DNA of 62,802 nucleotides, counting the filler, from Dugesia japonica (Eukaryota), in the NCBI GenBank assembly GCA_001938525.1. It is 6 parts of 6 records of this genome, joined end to end, with 100 filler letters (N's around TTAATTAATTAA, not from the genome) between each part and the next. Parts side by side here need not be neighbours in the genome. Positions count along the whole stretch, not along the records: positions 23,988 to 32,315 come from MQRL01622751.1; positions 32,416 to 42,030 come from MQRL01593305.1; 4 more parts are not named here. One strand, given 5' to 3'. The position numbers and the translations under genes are program-made. The number at the start of each line of letters is the position of its first letter. Within the stretch, counting starts at the first letter, position 1. A model generated the notes under the pieces. That model was not told the origin of the DNA and ran no database searches. It saw nothing but the letters and a program-made list of their open reading frames with translations. Positions 23,988 through 38,600 of this stretch are shown here, piece by piece.

Positions 23988-26900
23988 ATGAATCGAACTT
24001 AATCGTGAAGGATCTCTTTGTTGATATTCGTGATGGACTGATGTTGATTTATTTGTTAGAAGTTTTATCAGGAAGCAATATGGTTATTAAATTCTATTCG
24101 ATATTTTATTTCATATTATATAAAATATATTTTCTAGAAAAAAGAGAAAGGTCCAAATATGAAAAAATTGCATTTTCTCAGTAATATTAAAATTGCTCTA
24201 AATTTTTTAGCCGATCGAAAGGTAAATATTGATGAATAGTAAATATTTGTATGTATATAAATTTATGATGTGTGTGAGCATAACCAATCAGATGTCAGAT
24301 TGCAAACAATTTCATTGACATCATAGTCATTTTATTTAGCATTTAAAATTTGATTTGAGACAATTAAATGTTAAAATTGTTGACTTTTCTCTGCTGAGAG
24401 AAAAATAGTGTTGGAGAAATTGTCACTGGTTAATATAGTTTCTTTAGATTAATTCTTTGAACTTTCAATAGTACAAAATCTTGATTGTTTTGAAACTACT
24501 AGCAATCTATTAACACGTTTGACTATCAACAACACGCCAAATGAATAAAAAATAATATGAATATATACATAGTTGACAGTCAGCATGTTAATAATCTCAA
24601 CTTTAAAATTATAAGTTTTTAATTTAATTTTACAAAGAATGCATTTTATATAAATTGAAAAATCAAATTTATTAGAAACAGAAAATTAAATTTGTCATTC
24701 TATCAAAAATTATTATAATTCATAATACAACGTTATTTTATTAGATTGTTTCATTTGAAATTGTCGAATAAACTTATCTGACTATCATTTATTCGATTAA
24801 ATATTGATGCTTTTTCATGATTTAAATATAATTTGAAAGAGTAGATTTTGGTTTATTAGTCAATATATTTGTTATATTAAAAGATTTAATATATCCGTAA
24901 ATTTAATATATCAAATCTTTCCTCTCTTTTTGATATTGCTGTATTTACGGGTGCCAGGTATCCGGTTTTGAACCGGACAGTCCGTTAATTCAACTGTTGC
25001 CCGGTTGGAAAAAAATAGAAGGACCGGACGCACATTTATCCGGTATTCCTTCCAACGGTTCAAAGATTTTTAAATTTAAATTTTTTTTACCTCAGTCGGC
25101 TATGGAAAATTCTATTTTTATAAAAATTATAGTTAAATATGTAAAATATTAAAGTATTATTTAAATGGAGACACTTGAAGGAAGATCTTCTCTTGAAAAG
25201 TGGANNNNNNNNNNNNNNNNNNNNNNNNNNNNNNNNNNNNNNAAAAAAAAGCTCAGTCCGTCTTTTTGATTCCAGTTTCGAATGCGAATGTTGAAAGGAT
25301 TTTTAGAGTAATGGGCAATCTATGGACCAACTAATCGAATATCATTGAATTTAGTTAAAAGCGAACTTTGCATCTTCTTTAATATTTTTATACATGCCAA
25401 AATGTAAGAGAAATCTTTACTAAAAATAAAAAACTGCTAAAATCTATTTCCCAAAATGAAAAATATAAAAAAAATAAAAAAGCATAGTTTTATTTTAAAA
25501 TTTAGTTTTATTTTCAAAAGTTTCATTTTAAAGTTTTGTCCAGTATTTTTTACGGTTTTACCTGGCAACCCTGTCTGTATCTAAAATAGTGAAAAAAAAT
25601 TAACTTTATAATTTTTTAATGGTAATTGAGAACTTTCATTCATATTTTCATACATAAGCATTTTCTTTTTGTTTACGAGATCTTATAATATCAACCGCTG
25701 GGAACTCAGTTTCATAATCAATCTGCTGTGCAATCTTTTGTGCTTCATTCATCATATTTTTAAAATTGTCATCCGATCTATATTCTTGTAAGGAATTTTT
25801 TTTTAGGTCTTTCAGCATTTCAATTGCAGTGGTATAACTAAATCACATTTTTGCAACAATTTACTTAAAATATTTACCTTGGATAATATGTTATACCAAG
25901 TAACTATAGAACATAAATTTGTATGATTTGATTTTTTTTATAAGAGATTTAGATATATTTCTTGTATTAGCATCCTAAGATAAATCATTAAATAAAACGT
26001 ATAATACATCATAAATTCATTCCAAATTATATCTTAAAACCTTTACAGTGTTGATTCTATTTCCCCATCTAGTGTCAGACACTGGTTTAACAGTCAATGA
26101 AGGATAATCTTTATTAAAATTTGCCAACGATGAGTTGATGATGAAAAGAAAACATAAATTTCTTGAATCAAAGTAAAAAAGTTAGTAATTTTAAGACACG
26201 CCTTTGCGGCATCATTAATTAATAAATTTAAACTATGTGAAGCACATGGCACATAAAAAGCTCTAGGATTTACATCTAAAATGTTTTTTGGAGACCATTA
26301 TATTTTCCTTTCATATTAGCACCATTATCATAGCCTTATCCCCGTCTATCGTATATGCTAATATTTTCTTGATTTATAAAGTCTATTATAAATCTGGTTA
26401 TTCCCTCTCCAGTAGAATCTAATATAGGACAAAAGCATAAAAAAATGTTCTCTAATTTCAATTTTTTTATTAGTATTATTTAAATGCACAAATCGCACAA
26501 TAATAGTTATATGTTCCTGGTTGCTAATATCGGGAGTAGAGTCTAATATTATTGCATAATATTTGCACAATCTTAGTGAAGTAATTATTTTTGTTTTAAT
26601 TTTTCATTTTGTTGAAAATATTAACTCATTTGGAATTTTTTCACCTACATAATGTAGCATTTTATTCTCATTACTTTGGACACGGTTTAAATGTTCAACC
26701 ATGACACCATCAAATTGAGCAAACGTTTCCATTAATTTAAAAAAAAATCCGTTATGTGCGTCAAACAACTTGTTATTTGTTCCTCTAAATGCTAAATTTG
26801 GTCCTGCTAAATATTGAACACCGTGAATAATTCGTTCTATAACTAAGCGTAATCTCTTTTTTTTCTAATGTAATTAATTTTTCATTCAACGCATCAACAG

Positions 26901-29765
26901 TTTTATTTTTATTGATTAGGTATTTATTTAAATCAATAACAGATTTAAAATTGTTCATATGGGCTTTACTTTTTCATGTCTTTCTATAGTTCGTGATAAG
27001 TGTTTCCAATCACAATACCCATTTTCATTATTAAAGGCGTTTCAATGTTTGCAAATATTTTACAAGAAAAACAATATACTGAATTTTTGNATGTAGAATA
27101 AACTTGCCAATCTCTATTTATTTTTTCTCCATTACTTAATGTTTTTTATGTAATAAGTCTCCCCAAAAGATTTTATTATTTATCGGAAAGTTAAAATTTT
27201 TCACTTGTTTTGGTCCTATTTCTATTAATGACATTCTGATTTCGTCTGCAATTATTTTAGGCCATAGGCATGGATCATTTAAATTTAATTCAGTAATATT
27301 TGATAAATCTTTACTTTCATTTTTAATAGAGGTAGATTCTGGTTCCGCATCTTCCGTTGTGTATATTTGTGTTGGCACCTCAATCTCCAATTGTAACGAT
27401 ATTTTCTTTGGTGCAGAAGATAAACTGCTTTTCTCTCTTTCGTTCGCATTGATTGCATTTTCATATTCTTTACAATGAAAATGTGGCGATTTATCTTCAG
27501 TTTCAAAAGGCGTTTCATTCCTTGAGGAAGGAACTGATTGAAAAAAAATTACAATTGAAGTGGTTTCTTTCTTTATTTTTTCTTTTTTTAAGTTTTCGTT
27601 TTCTATATGCTGCACCGGATACCTTTCTTTTTTTTTCTCTGAAATCTAACAAAATTTATTTAAAAGTAATTTTAATTTGACCTTGTATATATAAAACAAA
27701 CGATTTGTTTGAGAAATTTTATTGTAATTTAATATATTCTCTTACAGAAAACAATATTAAGAAAACTATATTTAATAAATTAATTTTAAAATAAGGTTTA
27801 TAAACTATATATAACATTTTGTTTCATATAGAAAGGCTTTTAGCAAAAAAAATATTAAAAGACAGCAGAAAATAATATTAATATACACCCAAAGAACTTA
27901 CCAACAAATTTTAATAAAATTGAAATATTTTGGAGCTAATAGTGATAGAAAACTTCTTGCCAAATTTGAACAAAATTTGCCGTTTTGATTACAAGATAGA
28001 GATTTAAAGTTGAAAGATTTTAACATTGGTTCTTATGTTAGAAGCTGAGAAACTCGGGCATTAATGCAGATTTCAAGCGTTTTAACCCAAACCTTTCAAT
28101 GAAACTTACCATGCATAATATTTTATAAATATGTGTGACCATAAAATTAAATAATATGCTATATGCTACGTATAATAATATTAACCATCGTTTTAATAGG
28201 TTTATCATTTTATTTTTTAGGAGCAATGCTTGCGAAATAATATCTTAACATTAACAATGTTACGAATGAAGTCTTTTTTAGTATTTATTTACATACATAA
28301 GTAAATAATATACTTACAAATTTTTACTATTTAAATAATAANNNNNNNNNNNNNNNNNNNNNNNNCATAATAAAGATTGGACAACTAGTATTTTTTCAAT
28401 AAAATATTTTTAGCCTGCCACCCCAAGACATACCCCTTGTACCCCCGCTTGGCGTGGCCCTGTATCCGGATTATCCGTTTTATGAAAAGTTATAATTGTA
28501 GAATCAAAAATCGTAATTTTTGTTTCTTTATTCTTTGTGATTTTAAAATTGGTATTACCTTTACAGAAGCCGATGAAAATATCAACCTAATCTTTGAAAA
28601 AGATTCTGTAAATGAATGCATAGTGCGCTTGTGATTTGATAGATTTCTTTCCAGTAGTTGTGAGGCAGTAATTAACAATAATATCTTGAGGATTTGCTTT
28701 GATGAAATACCATAAGCAATAGTTACAGACCTTACTAAAGATCTTGTGTTTTTTGGAAACACGTTATTATTATTACAAAATTATTGGAAAAGCGAATGAA
28801 TAAATAGGTTAAATAGGTTTCTCCGAACTGCATGTCAGTCTCGAATGAACTGAATAATACAATCTTACCCCATCCTCTTTATTTAACAGACCTATATTCA
28901 ACAGACTTTAACAGATTAGGCAAAAATTCATTCAATTTCAAACGAAAGCTTCTTATCAAGATGGCATAAATCGACTAAAATGCGTTTAAGCAAATGATTT
29001 GTACTTTGATTTATTTTTTTAATATTTATTTTGTTTAAGTTAATCTTAACATATTAATCCTACTTTATCATAATTTTCAGTTAATCAACAATTTCATATG
29101 AACAACTTTATAATATTATTATTTTGCATGTTTTAGAATTATGAGCCAACAATAGTTTGTTGAAAATTGTATTCTTATTAAAAAACAATTATAATAAAAT
29201 TGAAATAATTTTCTCATCAAAATGTTTATTAAAAAGCTATACAAATGCTATATTTTAATAGCATTCTTGAGTTTAGAATTAGCATAAGAAATTATTTAAT
29301 TTAATAATTAATAAACATTTATTCATCAGTAAAATTCAAAATAAAATTTTCAATTTATTTCTAATGAAATATTTAATTCTTCTTTTCAGATCAAACTTGT
29401 AAATATCAATCCTTTAGATATCGTTGAAGGAAAATCATCCATTGTTTTGGGTTTGATTTGGTCAATCATACTTTATTTTCAAGTAATTATCGATTTTTTT
29501 AAATTTATATTTTTGTAATGGATTTTTCAAGATTGAAGAACACGAGTTTGATAAGAAATCCCAAAATTCCGGTACTCCTTCATCAAAGACCGACAGTAAT
29601 AGTGATAGAGGAGTAAAACTGAAACTATTGACTTGGATTCAGAACATTATTCCAAGGTTTTTTTCTTTTTTCCATATTATTTGCTAATGTTTCAAAGTTA
29701 ATATAAAATGTTTATATATAATCTATTGTGCTTACTGTAGATAAATTCACGGATATAGGAAATCA

Positions 29766-29820
<55 letters not shown>

Positions 29821-30673
29821 ATTATTATTATTATTATTNNNNNNNNNNNNNNNNNNNNNNNNNNNNNNNNNNNNNNNNNNNNNNNNNNNAAGATAATTAT
29901 TATTTTTACTAAATAAAATAGTAGTGAATTAGAGAAAAAAGAGTTCTTAAAATACAGAAAAAAATGTTCGTTAAAATGATCAATGTATTTGATCTATGAA
30001 AATTTAGGTAATAATATTGTCTCAATTTCTTCGCTGATAGTCAAATTGATACATTTTTAATTAACATTCAATAATTATTGATAATTAATTAATTAATTAA
30101 TTCTTGTTGCTTTCAATGGAAATTAATTATTTGCAGAGAGTATGATGTTACAATCACTGATTTCGGAAAATGTTGGCGAACTGGAATTGCATTCAATGCA
30201 CTTATAGACGTGTTCAGTCCTAATCTAGTCGATATGAAAATAGTTATGCAAAGCACACCACAAGAAAATATTGAGAGAGCATTTGATATTGCTGAAAAGC
30301 ATTTAGGCATCGCTAAATTGTTAGACTCAGAAGGTGGGTTCTTTATGAAAATCGTTTGATTATTATTGTTATATTATTTAATGTTCAGATGTAATTGCTG
30401 AGAAACCTGATGAAAAATCGATAATGACATATGTCTCACAATTTCTAGAATTGAAAATTACAAAACCCGTCTCACCAGCAAAGAAAATTAAATTATCAAA
30501 TCAAGTCAGTTTTATTATAAATAATAAAGAATAACTTGTTTAAATAGGAACCTGTTAAATCTATTGAAAAAGAAACCAATGAAAAAGTTAAGCGTTTCAT
30601 TTTAAATGTTAAAGAATCTCGACTTGAAAAATTGAAACATGTCGATATCACAACATTTAACGAAATATTTAAA
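23988..30673 (+). CDS. Nesprin-1/MSP-300/calmin-like protein, N-terminal tandem calponin-homology actin-binding domain, partial spliced gene
   Basis: Exons in consistent phase: 23988-24082 (VKDLFVDIRDGLMLIYLLEVLSG), 24138-24221 (KLHFLSNIKIALNFL), 29390-29482 (IKLVNINPLDIVEGKSSIVLGLIWSIILYFQ), 29532-29656 (IEE..KLLTWIQ), 30137-30333 (DFGKCWRTGIAFNALI..NIERAFDIAEKHLGIAKLLD), 30389-30504 (DV..EKPDEKSIMTYVSQFL), 30548-30673. Confidence 0.92.
24946..25573 (+). mobile_element. Internally deleted hAT transposon (Blackjack-like ends) in an intron
   Basis: Ends tacgggtgccaggta...tacctggcaaccctg with an imperfect 8-bp TSD (gctgtatt/tctgtatc). Internal IPVSNANVERIFRVMGNLWT..VKSELCI is the hAT dimerisation motif. 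Confidence 0.8.
25680..28462 (-). mobile_element. Decayed hAT transposon (TTF zinc finger/DUF4371, Tip100/ZMYM-like transposase), 3' truncated
   Basis: Minus-strand pieces NDPCLWP..IGPKQ, VYCFSCKIF..GYCDWKH..HEKSKAH, YYAIILDSTPDIS..EHITIIVRFV, FYVPCASHSLNL and VKPVSDTRW. Terminus cagggccacgccaagcgggg at 28462. Confidence 0.9.
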
Positions 30674-32415
30674 GTTAGATTATTTTTTAAATATTTATTT
30701 ATTATTAAAAGAAAATTTTAATTTTTCTACAAATAAAAATCAATATATGTTAAAATAAATAAAAGAAAAATTAATTGCAATAATTTTCTGTATTTATCAC
30801 ATTTAAAAAAATTTATGTTTGAAAGTCAGGCAAAAAATAATAATGCTTAGTCAAATTTGTCATAGATTTTTATTTTTTTTCCTATCAATTTATATTTACA
30901 ATAAATCTGGATGACATTTTAATCAGTTTTTTTTATACAGCATATGTTTTTATTTATCATAGTTTCTGACATTCTCTTCTATTTCTGTGAGTTTCCTATG
31001 CCAATTGAGTTCATTAATGAGAAATAGTCAACACAATTAAAATATGTTTAATATTTTAATAGAATAATCAATATTTTGATTAATAAATTATTTGTTTAAA
31101 TTAATGGGTTGAATATCGAAGAAATTTATTTTCAAAAAAAACTATAATTTGATAAATTTTATCGACAGAAAAATTCAATTAATTCAATAACTAATATTAA
31201 AAGAAATTAATCATTAAAATGTAGTAATTGTCAATATTAAAATTAATAAAAATTTTTTTATTATTAACATTTATGTTAGTCAAATATCTATTTTAAAACA
31301 TTAAATTAGTAAATAAATTATTTAATAAATATTTATTTGAAAATAATATTTATTTTAATATTTATTAATAGTTTATTTGATAGATTTTCATAAGTTTATT
31401 AGTTATTTCGTTTATTAATAAATTTTCTATTTGTTAATATGCTTCTTTTTAGAGATTTATTATAACTGTCTATACTCGTTCGTTTTTTTTATTAAACAGT
31501 AATTAGTTTTGATTGTTTTCTAAATTAGTTATTATGACAGTGATTATTATAATTTTTTATTTCGACCATTCAAAGGAGGCATAAAAATACATTGGAAAAT
31601 CGTAACAAATAGCATCAATAAATAAATAAAAATTAAAAAAGATAATAGGCAATAATCAAAAAAAAATTCTACAATCTTAAAATAGTAAAATCAATAAATT
31701 TATATTAGAATTGTTTAGATTTTAGAATTAAAGATACTATATTTCTCTATTCTTTAAAAATTTTCACATATTTAGTATCCTTTTTGAACATTGATTTTTT
31801 ATTAAAAAAATGTAATAATGATAAAATTTTAATTTATTATTTATTTTAACTGTTTAACATAAATATGTAATTTATTTTCAATTATTTATTTAATTTAAAT
31901 TTAATCAATATTGAATTATTCATACCAAATTATTTTGGTAAACACATTTTTGTATTTAATTATAAATGAAATTCAATAAGGAAATGAAATATAATAGTTT
32001 AGAAAATTATACGGTAATTAAATTAATTAATTAATTAGTTAATTAATATAATTAATTAATTCAATAATATTGATATCACGAACATACTTATATTTGTCTG
32101 TATTTTAAATGTTGAGATTTGTTATTTCTAAAAAAAGTTGTTATTGAGAAGTAATAAAATATTTTATTTAAGTCTTTAACAGTAAATTTTGTTAAATTTA
32201 AAACATAATCAGAGAATTCTTTCAAGGTTTATTAATAAATCAAATATTTAACAAGAATATGTGTTTTGTTATTTGTTTGTCAATTAATAAATTCTCCACA
32301 AAATGTATGTTAAAANNNNNNNNNNNNNNNNNNNNNNNNNNNNNNNNNNNNNNNNNNNNTTAATTAATTAANNNNNNNNNNNNNNNNNNNNNNNNNNNNN
32401 NNNNNNNNNNNNNNN

Positions 32416-33300
32416 GCTGTCCTTGTGGATATTAGTCGTTTACTATTTTTGCTAATTATTTTGATCATTTTTTGGATTTTTTCTATCCAATCTATTTCTG
32501 CTACTAATTCTTTATTCTCTACTCTAGTTCTTATTTCCAAGGTCTCTTTAGTTATGCAATTTTGGCCTTGCTCTTTCTTGATATCTTGCTTCTCTCTTGG
32601 TTTTGTGGCTTCCTGATTTACTTCCTTTGTTTCATCCTTTATCTGCAGCATATTTATCATTTCCATATGAGCTTCCAGTTTTGGTTTTTCAATCCGGAAT
32701 GTAGCAAAATCCAATTTTGTCCCCAGTAACAATTTCGGCATTAAATCTGATCCCAATACTGCATCTACATTGGTTTTCATTACCAAGAATTGTTGCTTTA
32801 TTGTTTTTTTCTTGAAGTTGTGCATTGCATTCTAATGTTCCAATAATCTGCACGGTTTCCCCATTAACACCTGTTGTATGGGGTTTTATTTCTTTTCTTT
32901 TGTTTCGGGATATATTTTTTATATTCAATACTGATCGGGATGCTTCCGTATCTAAAAGTGTTTTCAGTGGTTGGTTGTTGATTCGTACTATTAATGAAAG
33001 GCTAAATCCGCCATCTTGAGTTTCTACTACGGCTATTTGCTCATTTTGTTCCTCTTCGTTAGGTTCCGTGTTTGTTTTATCTTCTGGGGTTATTTTATTC
33101 TCATTTTGCACCATTTCCTTTGGTGCCTTTTCTCCTCCATTGAGCTTTAGTTCGGTTAAGGCTTTTCTTAGTCGAGTGATTCTTTGATGATTACTTTTCA
33201 TTTTTTCGCGTAACTGATGGTTTTCTTTGAACAGGATTCCTGCTATCTCTTTATTCCCGGTATTTTCAGCATCTTTATCTTGTCGTTTTTGATGCCATTG
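32416..33300 (-). pseudogene. Gypsy-type retropepsin (aspartic protease) region, decayed
   Basis: VRINNQPLKTLLDTEASRSVLN (DTG mutated to DTE)..TGVNGETVQIIG, then in a shifted frame FLVMKTNVDAVLGSDLM. Confidence 0.82.
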
Positions 33301-33499
33301 TACATATTTAATTGGAAAACGGTTTTCTTTTTAATTACGACTTCTTATGGCTTCTGTTAGATTCTTTGGTCCTGCAAATTCTATTCTGTGACATAGTCTT
33401 GCGATATGGCCCTATTTTCCACATATATAACACACTATATTTTTTATTTAACAATCTTCAGCTTGGAGCCCTTGTTTGTTACAATTGTAACATTTTTGT

Positions 33500-33820
33500 A
33501 CCCCCCCTCCGCTGGCAAAAAATTTGTGGCAAGAATTTTTGTGGCATAAATTTTTTGTTAGTGGCGCATTGCCACTATTTTTTTCCATTGAGGACCCCCC
33601 CCCCGCTGGCAAAATATTTTGTGGCAAAAATCTTTGTGATTAAAATTTTTTGTTCCTGAAATTTTTTTATGGTTAAAATTTTTTGTTCCAATAAATTTTT
33701 TATGGTTCAAATTTTTACCCTTGAAATACAATACTCATTCGCAATTTGCTGCTGAACTATATTCTTTATAATTTATTCTTGAAATACAATACTTATTCGC
33801 AAATTGCTGCTGAACTATAA
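33500..33820. repeat. Paired direct repeats upstream of the Gypsy protease relic
   Basis: cccccc(t)ccgctggcaaaa.attt.gtggcaa occurs twice (33501, 33595); gaaatacaatact.attcgcaa.ttgctgctgaactata occurs twice (33723, 33781). Confidence 0.75.
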
Positions 33821-34197
33821 CAATCTTTATATAACTTTTACTCTTATAACTTATTTACAAATTGCTTATGCCCGGAATAACCAGTAAAATTTCGTCGCAT
33901 GGACCAGAATTAGGCGATACTATTCGTTGCCTTCATGATTTGCATTTTGCTTGTACAGGCGCATTAAATAATGCTGGTGACGAGTTAGTTGGTTAAATTC
34001 AGTAGTTGTGGCTACTATGAGACTTGTATAAGCCTAGATCTGTATTGATCGTGTCCTCTGAAGTGTATTTAGTACGTCCTGGAAGTAAGTGTACTACCGT
34101 TAATCACATCTATGATTCGTTACCTTGTATAAAACCTGGAGGGTTTATCGCTTTCCACCGAGACTGGTTTTCCCTTCCTGTCCAGTCGCTTTCCTCA

Positions 34198-34284
34198 TTT
34201 TATAACAGTCATAACTACTCAAGCAGCTTTTTCTGCGGACAACTGAGCCAATCGTATCTCAGATGTCTGGCTGATCAGACCAAT
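34198..34284 (-). promoter_or_regulatory. Putative LTR-type Pol II promoter: two CCAAT boxes and a TATA box
   Basis: CCAAT at 34248 and 34280 (32 bp apart) upstream of a minus-strand TATAAAA (34204-34198), pointing toward the protease relic. Confidence 0.4.
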
Positions 34285-35688
34285 TTCACAACTGCTAATC
34301 TCGGCTAGTATGATAGTTGAGACACCTTATTGTACTAACTCTTCCTGTGGGTTCTGTTAATTTAATTTTGTCACCTTCCTTGCTCCTAGGCGCGTTGGGA
34401 GTACCATTTAAGTAGCAGGCGAACTCTTCCCTCCATCAAATTTATCTTAATCTTTGTCAATCCTTGTTTCTAGCCAAACTTGTGAGGTAGGAGGACCTCA
34501 CTGTGAACCCTTAATTTATTTCATTTTTATTTCCAACATTATTAATTTGCTCATACGTATCACTATAAGATCTAGAGTTCACATTAATTTCACTATTCTT
34601 ACTTTAATCATGTTGAATTTGCTTTATTCTTAACCATAATATACTTAATTGATTTAATGCATGTATACTTAACTCACTTACTTAATCTAATTCCTGATAT
34701 GCTCTATTTTCGTTTCATACTCGTAATTTTACTCTCTACTTATTTCAAGGTTCTTAATTTGCTTAAATCGTGATACACTTTATATATGCTTTACTTTACA
34801 ATACTGAGTTTAATTTTAATATTCTTAATTTGCGTTGATTTATTGTAATATACTTAATTTACTTTAATATGCTTAGTTTCCTTTAAGATGCTAAGTTCAC
34901 TTTAATTTCAATAATCTTAATTTGCTCCATTTTATATTATTATGCTTAATTTACTGAATTTAATTTAATTTTAATAATATTAATTTACTTTACTTTATTT
35001 TAATACGCTTTACTTCAATTCCGTATTTTAAGGTCTTAATTACTTTAATTTCTTAATTTCTTACTTTATCTAGTTACTTTATTTTCTTTACTTAGTTTTA
35101 TTCCTCCTATAATTTTCATACTTTACGTTCTTAATTACCTTAATTGCCTAGTTTCTTATTTTAATTTCTTAATTTCTTGCTTTAATCTTCTTAATTTCTC
35201 AATTTAACCACTTACTTTCTTAGTTACCTAATTCAATTTCTTAACTTTCTTGCCAGGCTGGTAACAATTTAAAAGTGGGAATACCCATTTTGCGGCAGTA
35301 TAGGCAAACTCTTCTGGCTTAATAAATCCTTTTAACTCAACAATTTCTTTATAATTTCTCAATCTCTTAATCAATTTAATTTCATAATTTTATTTCTTAG
35401 CTACTTAATTTCATAGTTTAACTTCCTAATTCGTTTTACCCTCTTATTTTAATTCTTTTTTTTTAAATTTCTTTATCCTTTTATTTTCTTTAATATTTTA
35501 CTTCGCTTTCTTAATTACTTCAATTACTCTAGCTTCTTACTTTAATTTAATTACCTTCTTAATTATTCATACTTTAATTTATTACTTATTTTTATTTCTT
35601 ATTTTAACTTATTAATTACTTTCATTTCTTCAAAAAAAATTTTTTTCTTTACTTTAATCGTAATTCCTTATTTTATTTTTAATCCTAA

Positions 35689-38600
35689 TGTTGGGCTGAA
35701 ACAGGCCAGTTATTGAAATTTATGTTTAAAGTAAAAAGGAACTAGCAAAGAGAAGAGATAATGCCGCCCAGTAGAAATGAAGTAATAAAGAAAATAGTAG
35801 TAGTAAAAGAGACAATAAAGAATAAAAGAAAGCAGCAATTTCATTAAAATGATAAAGTAAATGAAACTTGGATTAAATTAATGGGAAATGGAGAATTAAA
35901 GAGAAGCACTAATTAGAATAAAGGAAACGAATGAATCTAGTGAGTTAATTATCCAGTGAAAATATAATAAGATATGAAATCAAAAAATAACGATGCTCAA
36001 GAAGAGCATACATTAAAAGAATGCTCAAAAGTCAAATGACGATGAAAAAGGAAAAGAACACTAATTCGATAAATCAATTAATAAATATGGTGGGCTAGAA
36101 ACACGAAAGAAATCAAATAAATAAATCCAGAAACGATATAATGCTCCACACAATAATAATCCACGATGTGATGCTCAAAGAAGATGATAATCAAAGAATT
36201 AAAGCATGAATGCTCAAATGATAAAGGTAGAAATAAAGAAATAATAATTAAATAAACTACGGTTCACGAAATAAAAAGAAAATAGAACTTAATTCTGAAT
36301 TATGCCACAAGTGATAAAAAAAAGAGATAAGCCAAGAAAGGAAATCAAAAAGCTTCGGAATATGCGATATATGATTATGTATAATTATATGAATGTTATA
36401 AAAGTATCAATATATTAAAAAAGGGATATTCGGAATATAATAAGTAATTAATGAAAAAGTAAGATTAAAACAAAAATACTTTAATAAAAAATTTTCGACC
36501 AATTAATTATAATTATTATAGAAAAGAAATATAAAATAGACAAGTATTATATTTGTATTTAAAATAGGTATAAAAATTAGTATAATATGAGTTGGAAAAT
36601 CGTATTATTATAATAAAAGTATATAAATAATTACAATGTAAAATTATTATTATTATCGTATAAATATTATTAAAATTATTATTATCGTATAAATATTATT
36701 ATTTATATAGAAATAAGTGGAATTCTAAAATGAAATTTATATGAGATGAAAGATGATAAAAAGTTAAATGAAAAAAATTTAAATTATATAAAATATTTAT
36801 AAATATTCATGTAATTATCATTATTTATAAAGTCAAAAACAGACTTTGAAAATTATTATTATTTGCAATAAATATTATTATTTTTTTGATTCGTGCCTGT
36901 CCGATGATCATGGATTTCATTGCCACTGTTGCACGTTGGAACCTACATTATTTTTACCCTCACATTGTGTATAGAAATTAAATTCATATGTGACGAGTGA
37001 GCTCCACACATCGTTAAGCAAATAATATATGTGTCGGGTAGGCACCGCACATTATCTACAGTGTATGTGAGGTCTGTTATAGCATATGATGCCGAGTGAG
37101 CACCGGTGATCATAGATAACGATAAAAATTTTATATATCAAATGCGAGTAACCATATGAATAAAAAAGCACATCCAAATTTGGACATAGTAACAGAATCT
37201 GCACGTGAGAACCGCACGATTCGCTGCATTTTCTAAAAATATCAAGTGACAGCCTACAGTAGCTGACAAAATGTGACATTAAAATTAAGCATAAAAGCAA
37301 ACGCTTTTAGACATTAAAAAAAACACAAAAAACTCAATCTCAAAAAACGTTGAGCTCTAGTTTTTTTATAGTTGAAAGAACCTAGTAGCCATTGTAAGAA
37401 AGTGATTATCAAACGAAAACAAAGTAATTTTATTTGTATTTATGTATGATCGGAAGACTGAGACGGTGTTCCTCGTTGACTGGTCACGCCGGCAACGATG
37501 GACATCAGTACTCAGAGATCCGAATGTAATTTCATTTCGAGATCATCCACCATTACACCATTAAATTACTAAATATATTAATGATTACGAAAGATGACAA
37601 TGATTATGAGAAGAGATATTAACAATTGTGAACGATGACAATGATTATGAGAAGAGATAGTAAGGATTACGAAAGATGATAACGATTATGGGATGAGATG
37701 TTATCGATTCCTAATAATGACAATAATAATGAAAGATGAGAGATGATATCATGAGATATGAATGATGTATTGATGGTGAAAGCGTAGGAAGCGATTTGTA
37801 ATAATTTGGTAATTTGGTAAGGAAGTGTTAATGTAACCGTTATGATACTGAGAGACGAGTGGTTCGATTGAGAGGGTGGTAGTTGAATCCAACCTGACAT
37901 ACTATTACATGTTCTTGTCTAATTATTCTATATTTAACGATTTATATGGCTATAATTATTGTAAATGTTTATAAAAAATATTATCACTTTAATTTTATAA
38001 TGATTAGTTTTGTTCTATAGATTTATGCAACTAAAATTTTATAATAGTTTGAACTGGCTGATGGATCATTCGTTATTCGGAGGAGGATGGGTATCTCCGA
38101 AAATAATATATGAATACAAACATGGTTATCAAGATGCAGCATATCAATCAATGAGATATATTAAGCGGCATATGAGATGAATTACTTATGAATTGTGATT
38201 GGAAATCGAGAGCCGAACCTCATCCGTAATGACGAGTGATTGTTAATCGATCAGAGCTCGTGGTAACATCCATTTCATTCTTTAAAATTAAAAATAAATG
38301 GAATAGAGATATTTATGTTGAGGTATTATGAAATACTCTTATAATATGAAGTACCATGGTGATGTTATATTATTTACAGATGACCAATTCGATCACCAAA
38401 GCAGAANCAATGAAATCATTTGCACCGGCCGGATATACATTCGAGACAACACCATGTAACAATATGCCACAGTTGTGGGATTCGGTGACCATGGAGGGAA
38501 CTGACGTCGAACCATGGTGGATCACTCAGGCACAGCTACAGGTCAAGGAGGACAAGATAACGAAGATGCGAGAGGAGATATTAAGACAACGACAGCAATT

